DNA of 48,381 nucleotides from Bacteroidales bacterium (GTDB lineage Bacteria; Bacteroidota; Bacteroidia; Bacteroidales; UBA7960), in contig SKYG01000123.1 in the NCBI GenBank assembly GCA_007128045.1, positions 1 through 48,381 on the forward strand, read 5' to 3'. The notes under the pieces were generated by a model. It worked only from the letters and a program-made list of their open reading frames with translations. It had not been told where the DNA came from and ran no database searches. Made by a program: the position numbers and the translations under genes. This document shows positions 17,756 to 28,412 of the stretch, piece by piece. The stretch's first letter is position 1. Every line of letters begins with the position of its first letter.

Positions 17756-18256
17756 ATGTCAACAAAAGCTGAAATCATACAATCAAAAATATTTGCACCT
17801 GAAGACTATCTGAAGTTTAGAAAAACCTTGAGCTACTGGCAAATTAAAGACAAGAAGCTGGTGTTTACCAACGGCTGTTTCGACATTCTTCATATGGGAC
17901 ATATTGATTATCTGTCTAAAGCGGCAGATTTTGGACATGTTTTGATCGTCGGATTAAACACAGATGCTTCTGTGCGAAAAATCAAAGGAGCCAACAGGCC
18001 GGTCAACGACCAGAATGCCAGAGCTGCTTTGTTGGCATCGCTTTTTTTTGTTGATGCAGTTGTCATGTTCGACCAGGACACCCCTTATGAACTGATTAAG
18101 GAAGTGCAGCCTGATTTTTTGGTAAAGGGGAGCGACTACAAGGAAGAAGAAATAGTTGGATATGACATCGTTCGATCCAAAAACGGTAAGGTTATTGCTA
18201 TAGATTTGCTGGAAGGATACTCCACCACAAGCATCATAAAAAAACTGATTATTTGA
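17756..18256 (+). CDS. D-glycero-beta-D-manno-heptose-1-phosphate adenylyltransferase-like (RfaE domain II) cytidylyltransferase-family protein
   Basis: 166-aa ORF. FTNGCFDILHMGHIDYL is the HxGH nucleotidyltransferase motif, and the length and remaining sequence fit RfaE-II. Confidence 0.75.
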   Translation: MSTKAEIIQSKIFAPEDYLKFRKTLSYWQIKDKKLVFTNGCFDILHMGHIDYLSKAADFGHVLIVGLNTDASVRKIKGANRPVNDQNARAALLASLFFVDAVVMFDQDTPYELIKEVQPDFLVKGSDYKEEEIVGYDIVRSKNGKVIAIDLLEGYSTTSIIKKLII

Positions 18257-18257
18257 T

Positions 18258-19922
18258 ATGACAAAGGCTCCTCATAAATTCCCCTCACTAAAAATTTACC
18301 TTCCGATACTCTTCGCTATCGTGTTGCTTTCAGGAATATACCTGGGCCTGCAGCTTCGTAGTACCCAGAGCGGACAGTCAGAAAAGAGTTTTTTTTCCAT
18401 AGGCTTTGACCGGTATGACAAAATCAATGATATCATCAATTATATTTACGACTCATATGTTGACAGTGTTTCCCGTGTTGAACTGACCGAGGAGGTCATT
18501 CAAACCATGTTGCAGAACCTGGATCCACATTCGGCTTACATCCCAGCTTCAGACTTCAGAGAGTTAAACGACCCCCTGATGGGCAGTTTCGAGGGTATCG
18601 GCATCGAGTTTAACATGATCAACGACACGGTAGTGGTAATCAGCCCTATCGCCGGCGGTCCCAGTGAAAAGGCAGGTATTATGCCCGGCGACCGAATCAT
18701 TTCCGTAGAGTCAGAACCTATAGCAGGGGTTAAGAAATCTACCACAGAGGTTGTTTCATTGTTGAAGGGTAAAAAGGGAACCGAGGTACATGTCGATGTG
18801 ATGCGCAGGGGAGTAAATGAACCGTTGCAATTTAAATTAATTCGCGATAAAATACCATCATATAGTCTTGATATCGCATATATGATTGACGACCAAACAG
18901 GCTATATCAGACTCAACAAATTTGCGGCTACCACCCATCAGGAGTTTCTTTCTGCACTAAACCGACTGAAACAGGAGGGCATGGAACAAATGATTCTGGA
19001 CCTTCGCGATAATGGTGGAGGATTTCTGGAAGCAGCCATTAATATTGCCGACGAACTTCTTGAATCTCAACAGCTAATCGTATATACAGACGGGCGGCAA
19101 CGTCCGCGAACCTATGCCTATGCCAGAAGAAGCGGAGGGTTCGAGAGCCAGCCACTTATCATTCTTATAAACGAGTGGTCGGCGTCAGCCAGTGAAATTA
19201 TTGCAGGAGCGGTGCAGGATAATGACAGAGGCCTGGTAATTGGAAGACGTTCTTTTGGCAAGGGATTGGTTCAGGAGCAGGTTCAACTGGCTGACGGATC
19301 AGCATTGCGCCTCACGGTAGCACGGTATTATACGCCGACCGGCCGGAGTATCCAAAAACCTTATGACAATGGCCAGGAAGAGTATTATGGCGATTTTATG
19401 CAACGGCTCCTTGATGGCGAACTGGAAGATCCGGACAACATTCAATTCAACGACTCCCTGAAATACGAAACCCCCGGAGGCAGGATAGTTTATGGAGGAG
19501 GCGGAATCATGCCCGATATCTTCATCCCATTAGAAACAGGAGGACAAACGACATTTTTTAACCAGACTGCCAATCGCGGACTAATCTATCGATTCGCGTT
19601 TGATCATGCAGATCAGAACAGGTCATTGATAACACAAAGATACAATGATGCCCGGCACTTTGTTAACAGCTTCTCTGTCGACGCAGCACTATACCGCCAG
19701 TTTCTTGACTTCGTCGAGGAACAAGGGATTAACACCCGGACAACCAACCGGTCAGCCAGCGATCCTATGATCAAAAACCACCTAAAAGCATATATTGGCC
19801 GCAACATCTTCGGTGGTGAAGCCTTTTTCCCGGTGTTAAACACCAACGATCCCGCTCTGCAAAGAGCCCTGGAAGCCTTTGAGAACTACCAGGTCATCAC
19901 AACCCACGCCAGCGCAGAATAA
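18258..19922 (+). CDS. S41 family C-terminal processing peptidase
   Basis: 554-aa ORF with an N-terminal TM/signal anchor, a PDZ segment (GIGIEF...GGPSEKAGIMPGDRII) and the catalytic region LINEWSASASEIIAG...GKG. Confidence 0.85.
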   Translation: MTKAPHKFPSLKIYLPILFAIVLLSGIYLGLQLRSTQSGQSEKSFFSIGFDRYDKINDIINYIYDSYVDSVSRVELTEEVIQTMLQNLDPHSAYIPASDFRELNDPLMGSFEGIGIEFNMINDTVVVISPIAGGPSEKAGIMPGDRIISVESEPIAGVKKSTTEVVSLLKGKKGTEVHVDVMRRGVNEPLQFKLIRDKIPSYSLDIAYMIDDQTGYIRLNKFAATTHQEFLSALNRLKQEGMEQMILDLRDNGGGFLEAAINIADELLESQQLIVYTDGRQRPRTYAYARRSGGFESQPLIILINEWSASASEIIAGAVQDNDRGLVIGRRSFGKGLVQEQVQLADGSALRLTVARYYTPTGRSIQKPYDNGQEEYYGDFMQRLLDGELEDPDNIQFNDSLKYETPGGRIVYGGGGIMPDIFIPLETGGQTTFFNQTANRGLIYRFAFDHADQNRSLITQRYNDARHFVNSFSVDAALYRQFLDFVEEQGINTRTTNRSASDPMIKNHLKAYIGRNIFGGEAFFPVLNTNDPALQRALEAFENYQVITTHASAE

Positions 19923-19958
19923 GATGCCGAAATAGAAAACACTTTGTGTAAATGAGAG

Positions 19959-22340
19959 TCATTCCGTTTTTAGGCTGTCGATCGGATTGGCTCTGGACGC
20001 TGCCCAAGCATGGGAAAAGGCAGCCAATGTGCCGATGATGGCAGATAAGGTACCTGCCAGCAGAAACAAATACCAATAATCGGTGATGTTTATTCTGAAG
20101 GCAAAGTTTTCCTGCCAGCGCGTCACAACATATGCAGCCACAGGCCAGGCAATCAGGCAGCCAATGAGTATCAATTGCCACAAGTCACGAAAAAGGATTG
20201 CCATTATCTGGGGCATGGAAGCCCCTAGGGTTTTTCTAATCCCTATTTCCTTTATTCTTTTTTGGATGGTAAAGGAAGTCAGGGCAAACAACCCCATGAA
20301 CGAAATAATGATGGCAATGATGGCCGCAGCAAAGGTGAGTTTATTTATATGTTCCTCACGACGGTACATCTGGGCAAATACGTCATCCACAAAAAAATAC
20401 TCAAATGAATAATTGGGATCAGCCTCTTCCAACCGTTGTTTTATCCAGTCCATGGTTTGACCCGAGTTTTCCGGATACATACGAATATTGATGCGTGAAA
20501 TCCACGGTTCATACATGGTAAATGCCAGGGGATCAATGGCGTTATGCAGGGATTGATAGTTAAAGTCGGCCACCACACCAATTACTTTGCCGGTATGCTG
20601 CCAAACGACAATCTCCTCACCTATGGGGTTCTCCAACCCCAGTTGCCGAACAGCCGTCTCATTAAGGATAATGGCAGCTGTGTCTGTCATCATCTCCGGG
20701 TCAAAGTCACGTCCTTTCACAACGCGTATGCCAAAGGTTTCCAGGTAGCCATGCTGGATGCGGTTCTCATATATCATGATGGACGCTTCCGGGGCATCGG
20801 TCGATCTGCGTCCGTTTTGAAGGCTGAAGCTTTCTCCTGCCACATCCTGAGATGCGCTCACATGCGTGATATTGGGATGCTGCATCAATTCTGACCTTAG
20901 TACCGGATATGCCTGCCTGATATTTTGTGTAATTCCACGCACAGACAAAACATTTTCCCTGTCAAATCCAAGGTCTTTATGCTTCATATAATGCACCTGG
21001 CGGTTTAGCAAAAATACTGCAGTGATAAGGAAGATGGATATGCTAAACTGAAAAATAACCAACACCTTACGAATAAACTGACTGGCATGTGAACTCCGGG
21101 TAAGTCCCTTCAGCACCACAATAGGTTGAAAACCTGACAGGTATAATGCGGGATACATTCCTGCAATGATGCCTGTTAACAGCACGACAAGTATGACGCT
21201 TAACAGCATAAGTGGCTTGTGCCAGTATTCGAGTCTAAGGGTCTCATCCAGAAAAAACGAAAACTCTTTAATTATCAATTCATTGATCATCAAAGAGATC
21301 AGAAATGCAAAGAAAGCAACCAATACAGATTCACCAATAAACTGCAAGATAAGGTCTTTGCGGAATGCACCCAAAACCTTTCGCATGCCTATTTCGCGCA
21401 TGCGTTTCTCTGATTGTGCTGTTACAAGGTTAATAAAGTTAAAAACTGCGATGGCAATAACAGCCAATGCCAGAAACGCAAACACATACACATGCCTGAT
21501 GTCGCCTGTGATGGCTGAATCAAAGCTGAAGTTTGAGTGCAGGTAGATCCGTTTCATAGGCTGAAGGCTATGAGTGCCCGATATTCCCAGTGGCTCAAAC
21601 CGTAATTTCAGATGGTAGTCGGCGGTGGTTATGACTTTTTGATGGAAAAGGTCTGTGTCAGCATCTTCTCGTTTCAAAAGGTAGGTAGGGAAAGAGATTC
21701 CGCTGCGTGTAACAATATTGTAGTCAGGCCTTTCAAGTGTATGGAAGGCGGCCAGTATATCAAAACGAAGATGAGAATTGGCTGGGGGGTCAGGCATCAA
21801 ACCGGTAATCCTGTAATCCTGTCCCCTGATCCTGATGGTTTGATTGAGCGGATCCTGACCTGAAAAATATTTTTCGGCAGTGGTATTGGTGATAATTGCA
21901 CTGTAAGGTTCCGTCAGGGCTAATTGTGGATTTCCCTGTGAAAGACCGAAGGTAAATATGCTAAAAAAATTAGAGTCAACCCAAAGCACCTGGTCGTTTG
22001 TAAAACGACTATCATCAACAATTACCTCTACCACTCCCCAGTTATATACCCGGCACACTTCTTCCACCTCAGGCACCTCTTCGGCAATTCGCGAAGCTAT
22101 CTCTCCTGAGGTAAAGGCAGCAGTGATCCCCTTGCCATCAGCCATTAAACCTTCCAGGGTAAGACGGAAGACCCTGTCGGATTTCTCGTGGAATGTATCA
22201 AAACTCAACTGATGAACCACAAAGATCATCATCAGAACAGACACAGAGAAGCCCATGCCCAGCCCGATAATGTTTATGACCGTATGGGTTCTGTTTTTCA
22301 AAAGAATACGCCAGGCAATCTTAAGATAATTAAAGTTCAT
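19959..22340 (-). CDS. FtsX/MacB-type ABC transporter permease (duplicated FtsX domains)
   Basis: 793-aa ORF. The N-terminus MNFNYLKIAWRILLKNRTHTVINIIGLG and two REIGIRK(V/T)LGA motifs are typical of the Bacteroidota MacB-like permease family. Confidence 0.8.
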   Translation of the reverse strand: MNFNYLKIAWRILLKNRTHTVINIIGLGMGFSVSVLMMIFVVHQLSFDTFHEKSDRVFRLTLEGLMADGKGITAAFTSGEIASRIAEEVPEVEEVCRVYNWGVVEVIVDDSRFTNDQVLWVDSNFFSIFTFGLSQGNPQLALTEPYSAIITNTTAEKYFSGQDPLNQTIRIRGQDYRITGLMPDPPANSHLRFDILAAFHTLERPDYNIVTRSGISFPTYLLKREDADTDLFHQKVITTADYHLKLRFEPLGISGTHSLQPMKRIYLHSNFSFDSAITGDIRHVYVFAFLALAVIAIAVFNFINLVTAQSEKRMREIGMRKVLGAFRKDLILQFIGESVLVAFFAFLISLMINELIIKEFSFFLDETLRLEYWHKPLMLLSVILVVLLTGIIAGMYPALYLSGFQPIVVLKGLTRSSHASQFIRKVLVIFQFSISIFLITAVFLLNRQVHYMKHKDLGFDRENVLSVRGITQNIRQAYPVLRSELMQHPNITHVSASQDVAGESFSLQNGRRSTDAPEASIMIYENRIQHGYLETFGIRVVKGRDFDPEMMTDTAAIILNETAVRQLGLENPIGEEIVVWQHTGKVIGVVADFNYQSLHNAIDPLAFTMYEPWISRINIRMYPENSGQTMDWIKQRLEEADPNYSFEYFFVDDVFAQMYRREEHINKLTFAAAIIAIIISFMGLFALTSFTIQKRIKEIGIRKTLGASMPQIMAILFRDLWQLILIGCLIAWPVAAYVVTRWQENFAFRINITDYWYLFLLAGTLSAIIGTLAAFSHAWAASRANPIDSLKTE

Positions 22341-22540
22341 GGGTTGCGATTTAAGTTCCTTTATCCAAGTTTATGCCATGTTTTCTATTATGTTGATAGT
22401 TAGCTACATTTTGGATTTCATTGCTATATGGGATGATTTTAGGGTGTTCGTATTCGGTCAGTGCAGTGAGCGGAGGCGGACAGTTACCAAGGCCTCCATG
22501 AGCAACAATGAATATACATATTTTATGCTTACTTTTACCA

Positions 22541-23119
22541 ATGGCATCTAATAACGAAACATTTCCCAACTATAAAACCATGCCTCATCCGCTGAGAGAG
22601 GTTATACTAAAAGCACTTTCCTTTTATCCGGAATTGGTTGACATAAAAATCGAGTTTAAAATCAATGATAATATCCGCAAATCTGTCATGCAGGCGCAAC
22701 CCAGATTCACCAGCATGCTTGGAAGACGTAAGTGGAGGTCATATATAATAAAAATCAGTAAATGTTTTGAATTAAAAGGTAAGAAAATACCCATCCATGA
22801 TCTGCCGGAAGATGTGTTGATAGGCTGGATAGGCCATGAACTGGGACACATCATGGATTATATGAGACGGAATACCTGGTCAATGATACTTTTTGGCATC
22901 GGGTACTACACGTCAAAAAGTTTCATCATCGCAGCAGAACGGGTTGCAGATACATATGCCGTAAATCAGGGATTGGGCGACTATATTCTGGCAACTAAAG
23001 ATTTCATACTCCACCAGGCCGGCATGCCTGAACCTTATATTCAACGTATTCTAAAACTATACATGCCTCCGGAAGAAATCATGCTGATGTTAGAGAATAA
23101 ACTACCGGAAAACGGTTAA
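22541..23119 (+). CDS. HExxH zinc-metalloprotease-like protein (start uncertain: 22508, 22541 or 22580)
   Basis: The ORF contains GHELGHIMDY (an HExxH motif). No closer family was recognised. Confidence 0.45.
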   Translation: MASNNETFPNYKTMPHPLREVILKALSFYPELVDIKIEFKINDNIRKSVMQAQPRFTSMLGRRKWRSYIIKISKCFELKGKKIPIHDLPEDVLIGWIGHELGHIMDYMRRNTWSMILFGIGYYTSKSFIIAAERVADTYAVNQGLGDYILATKDFILHQAGMPEPYIQRILKLYMPPEEIMLMLENKLPENG

Positions 23120-24645
23120 GCCAATGTTTCAGCCACAAATTTTTCCCATTCTTTAAAGTCCTGCTCCTTCATTACTTTGGGAAATTTTACCTGGCCACCT
23201 TTTTGTTTGGTTTCTTCTGTCCATTGCTGAAAAACAACATCGGGTACTACTTTTACTTCAACAGATTTAAGGGCTTTGGTCCGGGCAACCTTATAGTTTT
23301 TGTTGTTGCTTTTTAGATTGTCATCCAATTCGCGGGCAATATTTTTTGCATCCAGATCATGATTTCCGTCAACACCCAAATACCAACGATGTAAATATTC
23401 CCCTTCCTCCATAATTGCAGCAACGGTAAACTCTCTAATATTGATGTTATGTTTCCCTGATAATTCTTGAATGGCTTTGTTCATTTGGATTACAGACAGT
23501 TGCGAACCCACAACATTAAGAAAATGCTTGGTTCGCCCCGTTATTTTTATTTCGGCTCTCTGTTTATCAGTAAACATTACCGTATCTCCAATCATATAAC
23601 GCCAGGCTCCTGCAACAGTACTGATAACCAAAACATAATCTATTCCTTCTTCGACCTCTTCAATCTTTAACGCCTTGGCGGTCTGTTTTATACTGCCGTC
23701 ATCATCCATATTTTCGGCAACAAAAGACACAAATTCAAAGTAAATACCATTATCTGAAATCAGCGCCATAGCATCTGTATCCTTACGGATTTGCGTTGCC
23801 AGATATCCTTCGGATGCCAGGTAGGTATCAATTACGGTGATGGGTTTACCACACAACTTTTCGAAGCTTTTTTGATACGGCTCAAATGCAACGCCTCCGG
23901 AGGTAAATACGCTAAAGTTTGGCCATACCTCATGTATATTGCTTACCTTATTAAATTCAATAACCCTTTTTAGCATAAGCTCTATCCAGGATGGAATACC
24001 CGAGATGGTACCAATATTCCATTCTTTGGATTTCCTCGCTAATGCATCGACTTTTTCATCCCAATCATTGATGGAGGCAATGTCCTTCCCGGGCCGGTAT
24101 ATTCCTTCCAGGAAATCGGGAAGCTGGCTAACCGCAATACCGCTGATTTCCCCCTCATAATGATCATTTACCTTTTTCAGGTCTGTTGAACTTCCGAAAG
24201 CCAGAATTTCTGTTTCAAAGAAATCAGCAGGTAAATCAAAATCTGCCACGCCTTTGATTTGTTGTATACCTCCCCTTCTTATAGACGCCAACATATCATT
24301 AGTAACCGGAATGTGCTTTCTGGCACTGGTAGTGCCACTGGAAACAGCAAAATATGTCACTTTCCCCGGCCATGTGATATCCTCTCCGCCTTCAATTACT
24401 TTTTGCCACCAACGCTCCCTCATGCTATCATAACTGTGAAAAGGAACACTTTTGGCAAAAACATCTCTGGGATCAGACAATTGCAGCATTTTATGGAATT
24501 GGTAGTACTTGCCAAAAGCCGTTGGTTCAGCTGTTGCCAGTAAATCTTTCAACACCTTTATTTGCGCCTCCACTGGATCGGGGTTGGCAAAAATTTTGTC
24601 TGCCAGTTCAACAGATTTCTTTAAGATTTCTCCAATTAATGCCAT
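23116..24645 (-). CDS. GH3 (auxin-responsive promoter) family adenylate-forming protein
   Basis: 509-aa ORF. FAVSSGTTSARKHIPVT matches the GH3 P-loop-like motif SSGTT-x-K-x-IP. The overall length is typical of bacterial GH3 homologs. Confidence 0.75.
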   Translation of the reverse strand: MALIGEILKKSVELADKIFANPDPVEAQIKVLKDLLATAEPTAFGKYYQFHKMLQLSDPRDVFAKSVPFHSYDSMRERWWQKVIEGGEDITWPGKVTYFAVSSGTTSARKHIPVTNDMLASIRRGGIQQIKGVADFDLPADFFETEILAFGSSTDLKKVNDHYEGEISGIAVSQLPDFLEGIYRPGKDIASINDWDEKVDALARKSKEWNIGTISGIPSWIELMLKRVIEFNKVSNIHEVWPNFSVFTSGGVAFEPYQKSFEKLCGKPITVIDTYLASEGYLATQIRKDTDAMALISDNGIYFEFVSFVAENMDDDGSIKQTAKALKIEEVEEGIDYVLVISTVAGAWRYMIGDTVMFTDKQRAEIKITGRTKHFLNVVGSQLSVIQMNKAIQELSGKHNINIREFTVAAIMEEGEYLHRWYLGVDGNHDLDAKNIARELDDNLKSNNKNYKVARTKALKSVEVKVVPDVVFQQWTEETKQKGGQVKFPKVMKEQDFKEWEKFVAETLA

Positions 24646-24733
24646 ATCTTAATTTTGATTAAGTTAAGCCAATGTAATATCCTAAAATCTAAAAAGATGA
24701 GACGATATTTTTTGAATTATAAATTTTTTTACC

Positions 24734-25291
24734 CTAAAGGCCAATCTCCGGGCCGATCTTTTTCATGGCACCCAAAGAAATTGTCACAAATTCATCAAGA
24801 CTTAAACCGGCCTTTTCGCATTCCCTGATCGTATCCCGGTTCACAGAAGCGGCAAAAGCCTTTTCTTTCATGCGCTTTGTAATGGACTTGGGTTTTACAC
24901 TGGCAACCTTTTTATCGGGATACACCAGGGCTGTTGCTGTAATCAAGCCCGTGATGGTTTCTCCGGCGGCCAGGGCATGATGAAAAGCAGTATGTCTTCT
25001 CTTCCCGTGGCCGGCAGCTTCATTGTGTAACATAATAGCATCAAGGATCTCCTGGTCAACACCATGCTTCTCTAATATCCTGGCCGTTTCGAGGGCGTGA
25101 TGATGCATATCTCCCTCTGTTATTTCAACATCCAGGTCATGCAGCAGCCCCGCCAGACCCCATTTCTCAACATCTTCTCCCAGCCTGGCAGCCAGGTCGC
25201 GCATCACAGCCTCTGAGGCAAGACAGTGGGCAATCGTACGTTCATTTTTTACATGATCCCTTAATAACTCTATGGCTTTCTCTCTTTGCAT
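24734..25291 (-). CDS. HD/HDIG domain metal-dependent phosphohydrolase
   Basis: 185-aa ORF. H...HD (LLHDLD) and a downstream H...H/D pattern are typical of small HD-domain proteins. Confidence 0.7.
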   Translation of the reverse strand: MQREKAIELLRDHVKNERTIAHCLASEAVMRDLAARLGEDVEKWGLAGLLHDLDVEITEGDMHHHALETARILEKHGVDQEILDAIMLHNEAAGHGKRRHTAFHHALAAGETITGLITATALVYPDKKVASVKPKSITKRMKEKAFAASVNRDTIRECEKAGLSLDEFVTISLGAMKKIGPEIGL

Positions 25292-25386
25292 ATGGGAATT
25301 TTTTTTTCAAATATAATCAGGTTTGACATGTCTGCAAAACTTGTGCTAACCATACCCGCATTGAGCCTGCCTGCACGTCAAAATAA

Positions 25387-26436
25387 TCAATGATCAGGGT
25401 CAGTGGCCTGGTATGGGGTAAGATCATATAGAGAATCCCTGAGTCTGACTGTTTCACGTATTCTGGTGATGCAGCGTCGGGCCTCTGTCAGGTTCAGCGA
25501 CTGGTCGCCGTCAGAAACAGCCCGTTCAGGCACTTCATGTATCTCCATCAGCAGGCCGTCGGCACCCGCCATCACGGCGGCAAGCGCCATGGGTTCAACA
25601 TACGCACGTACACCCACTCCATGCGATGGATCGACAAAAACCGGGAGGTGGCTTTTTTCCTTTAAATACGGAACGGCATTGAGATCGAGGGTGTTTCGGT
25701 ATGCTGTTTCATAGGTTCTGATGCCACGCTCACAAAGAATGACCTTTTCATTGCCGTTAGAAAATATATACTCTGCCGAGGCAAGCAGCTCCTGCAATGT
25801 AGACGACATACCCCTTTTCAGCAACACTGGTTTATTAACTTTGCCAAGCTCATCAAGCAGGTTGAAGTTTTGTGAGTTACGGGTGCCAACCTGATAGATA
25901 TCAATGTAGTCATGCATCTCTTCGACCTGTGATACCTGCATCACTTCACTAACAACCTTTATCCCATTGGCCTGGCAGTGTTTGTAAAAGAACTTTAGCC
26001 CCTCCAATCCGTGACCCCGGAAAGAATAGGGCGAGCTGCGTGGTTTGTACACGCCACCACGCATCAGGGCAACACCATTCTCTTTCAGAAAACCTACTAT
26101 CCGGATTACCTGTTCCTCATCCTCAATAGAGCACGGCCCCATCCCAATGGTCAAATGATCCCTTGATATCACTATCCCATCGCCAAGAGGAATTTCGGTT
26201 GTCTGAACCTTCCACAGGCGCGACACCAGTTTGCTCTGGTCGGCAACCACATGAACATCTTTGATGCCATTCAGGTTTCCAATAATCCGGATGTCTACCT
26301 CCGCAGAGCCTACACAGATAACATAACGGCCATATTGGGTTACAACCTCAGAAGGTTTATATCCCAAGGATTTCACAACAGAAACTATCTCCTGAAAGTC
26401 CTTATCATTGCAATTGTCTTTTAGTTGGATAAGCAT
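25387..26436 (-). CDS. 3-deoxy-7-phosphoheptulonate (DAHP) synthase, type I-beta, with an N-terminal ferredoxin/ACT-like regulatory domain
   Basis: 349-aa ORF. The core (GPCSIE...KPRSSPYSFRG...VDPSH) is KDO8PS-like type I-beta. About 75 extra N-terminal residues resemble the regulatory domain architecture of Thermotoga-type DAH7PS. It starts 14 nt after trpA. Confidence 0.8.
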   Translation of the reverse strand: MLIQLKDNCNDKDFQEIVSVVKSLGYKPSEVVTQYGRYVICVGSAEVDIRIIGNLNGIKDVHVVADQSKLVSRLWKVQTTEIPLGDGIVISRDHLTIGMGPCSIEDEEQVIRIVGFLKENGVALMRGGVYKPRSSPYSFRGHGLEGLKFFYKHCQANGIKVVSEVMQVSQVEEMHDYIDIYQVGTRNSQNFNLLDELGKVNKPVLLKRGMSSTLQELLASAEYIFSNGNEKVILCERGIRTYETAYRNTLDLNAVPYLKEKSHLPVFVDPSHGVGVRAYVEPMALAAVMAGADGLLMEIHEVPERAVSDGDQSLNLTEARRCITRIRETVRLRDSLYDLTPYQATDPDH

Positions 26437-26450
26437 GGCGTATTGTCTGA

Positions 26451-27230
26451 TTATTGTTTGCTGATTGAGTTAATTAATTCGTGGATGGCCTTTTGTTCAT
26501 CACTGGTTTTTGCAAGCAGCTGCAGATAGGCTGTGCCGATAATAGCTCCCGAAGCATGATCCCAGGCATCCTGTAATGTCACCCGGTCATGTATGCCAAA
26601 GCCCACCACCACAGGGTGTGACAGCCGCATTTCCTTTAGCCTCTTTAAATAGGCAAGCTTTTGTTCACGGGCATTATCATTGGCACTACCTGTAGTTGAC
26701 GCCGTACTAACGGCATAGATAAAGGCAGTACTCTCCCGGTCGATTTCACGGATTCTGTCTTCTTTTGTGGATGGGGTAATCAGAAATACAAAATGAAGGC
26801 CATAATCCCTAAATAGCTTTTTATACTGGCTGGTATATTCATGCATAGGCAGGTCAGGCAAGATGACACCCGACACCCCGGCATCCCGGGCCTTCTTGCA
26901 GAAGTCCTCCACACCATATTGCAATACCGGGTTCAGGTAACCCATAAGGATCAAAGGTGTGCGAAGCTTCCCCTTTAGTCTTTCCAGCTGCGTGAAAAGC
27001 AAATCCATAGTCATGCCGTTTCTGATAGCCACCGTGCTGGTTTGTTGTATAACCGGGCCATCTGCCAGGGGGTCTGAATAGGGGATGCCCACCTCTACAA
27101 AATCCACGCCAGCGTCTTGAAAAGATAGTAACACACCAGTGGTACTGTCTAAGGTGGGGAATCCGGCAGTAAAAAATATCGACAATAGGTTGTCTGACTT
27201 TTTGTCAAGTAGTTTTGTAAGTTCATTCAT
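26451..27230 (-). CDS. trpA: Tryptophan synthase alpha chain
   Basis: 259-aa ORF. EVGIPYSDPLADGPVIQ and GFGI motifs. Confidence 0.9.
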   Translation of the reverse strand: MNELTKLLDKKSDNLLSIFFTAGFPTLDSTTGVLLSFQDAGVDFVEVGIPYSDPLADGPVIQQTSTVAIRNGMTMDLLFTQLERLKGKLRTPLILMGYLNPVLQYGVEDFCKKARDAGVSGVILPDLPMHEYTSQYKKLFRDYGLHFVFLITPSTKEDRIREIDRESTAFIYAVSTASTTGSANDNAREQKLAYLKRLKEMRLSHPVVVGFGIHDRVTLQDAWDHASGAIIGTAYLQLLAKTSDEQKAIHELINSISKQ

Positions 27231-27233
27231 TGT

Positions 27234-28412
27234 TCAGGCAAAATAATGTTGAAAGCTAACCATATCTTTGTCGCCTCGTCCAGACAGGCTGATAACGACC
27301 ACATCGGAGGGCTTGAATGTTTGTTTGTCAAGAATCGCCAGTGCGTGTGCCGACTCCAGTGCGGGTATAATGCCTTCCATACGGGTAAGCGACAAGGCGG
27401 CTTGCATGGCTTCATCATCGGTAACAGGCAGGTATAATGCCTGTTTGCTTTTGTGCAGCCACGCATGCAGGGGGCCAATACCCGGATAATCCAGTCCTGC
27501 TGAGATTGAATGAGCCTCCTCCACCTGTCCGTCGGAAGTTTGCATCAATATGGTTCTGGTGCCATGCAATATGCCCTCTGACCCTATCGAGATAGTCGCG
27601 GCGGTTTTTCCGGAATGAATGCCTTCTCCAGAAGCCTCTGCACCTATCAGTTTGGTGGTGCCATTACCGATAAAATGAAAGAAGGCACCAGCAGCATTAC
27701 TGCCTCCGCCTACGCAGGCAATCACATAGTCAGGATCTTTCCGGCCTTCCTTTTCCAAAAGCTGGCTCATCATTTCCTGGCTGATGACAGCCTGTAGCCG
27801 GGCTACCAGATCGGGATAAGGATGAGGTCCAATGGTGGAGCCTATCAGGTAGTACGTATTGTCCGGATGGTTAATCCAATAACGGATGGCGTCATTGGTA
27901 GCATCTTTGAGTGTTTGGCTGCCGGAAGTAACCGGTATAACTTCGGCACCCAGCATATTCATCCGCAACACATTGAGCTCCTGGCGTTGGGTATCCTTTT
28001 TACCCATAAAAACGGTACAGGGAAGCTTTAACAAAGCGCATACCGTTGCGGTGGCCACCCCATGTTGTCCTGCCCCGGTTTCTGCAATGATGTGCTTTTT
28101 GCCCATTCGCTTCGCCAGCAATGCCTGACCAACAACGTTATTCAGCTTATGGGCCCCTGTATGGCAAAGGTCTTCGCGTTTCAGGTAGATCTTTGTCCCG
28201 TACTTTTCCGATAGGTTCGCGGCATAAAACAAAGGTGTAGGCCGTCCTACATAATCTTTTAACAAAGAAGCCAGCTCCGACCGATAGCTGTCGGTTCCCA
28301 TGATTTTCAGGTAGGCATTTCTTAGCTCTTCAACGTTATCGTATAATAACTCTGGGATGTATGCACCTCCAAACGTGCCATAATACCCCAAATTGTCAGG
28401 ATGTGAATTCAT
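27234..28412 (-). CDS. trpB: Tryptophan synthase beta chain
   Basis: 392-aa ORF. The PLP-lysine motif is HTGAHKLNN, with GGGSNA downstream. Confidence 0.95.
   Translation of the reverse strand: MNSHPDNLGYYGTFGGAYIPELLYDNVEELRNAYLKIMGTDSYRSELASLLKDYVGRPTPLFYAANLSEKYGTKIYLKREDLCHTGAHKLNNVVGQALLAKRMGKKHIIAETGAGQHGVATATVCALLKLPCTVFMGKKDTQRQELNVLRMNMLGAEVIPVTSGSQTLKDATNDAIRYWINHPDNTYYLIGSTIGPHPYPDLVARLQAVISQEMMSQLLEKEGRKDPDYVIACVGGGSNAAGAFFHFIGNGTTKLIGAEASGEGIHSGKTAATISIGSEGILHGTRTILMQTSDGQVEEAHSISAGLDYPGIGPLHAWLHKSKQALYLPVTDDEAMQAALSLTRMEGIIPALESAHALAILDKQTFKPSDVVVISLSGRGDKDMVSFQHYFA

Noticed and set aside
27227-27478. 83-aa ORF overlapping the trpB 3' end in another frame, plus the many other 60-190-aa ORFs nested in or antisense to large genes (for example 4458-4991, 5665-6249, 7571-8023, 38274-38723 and 36773-37204)
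   Set aside because: All lie fully within strongly supported conserved genes. They have biased, low-complexity compositions and no recognisable motifs, so they are typical shadow ORFs.
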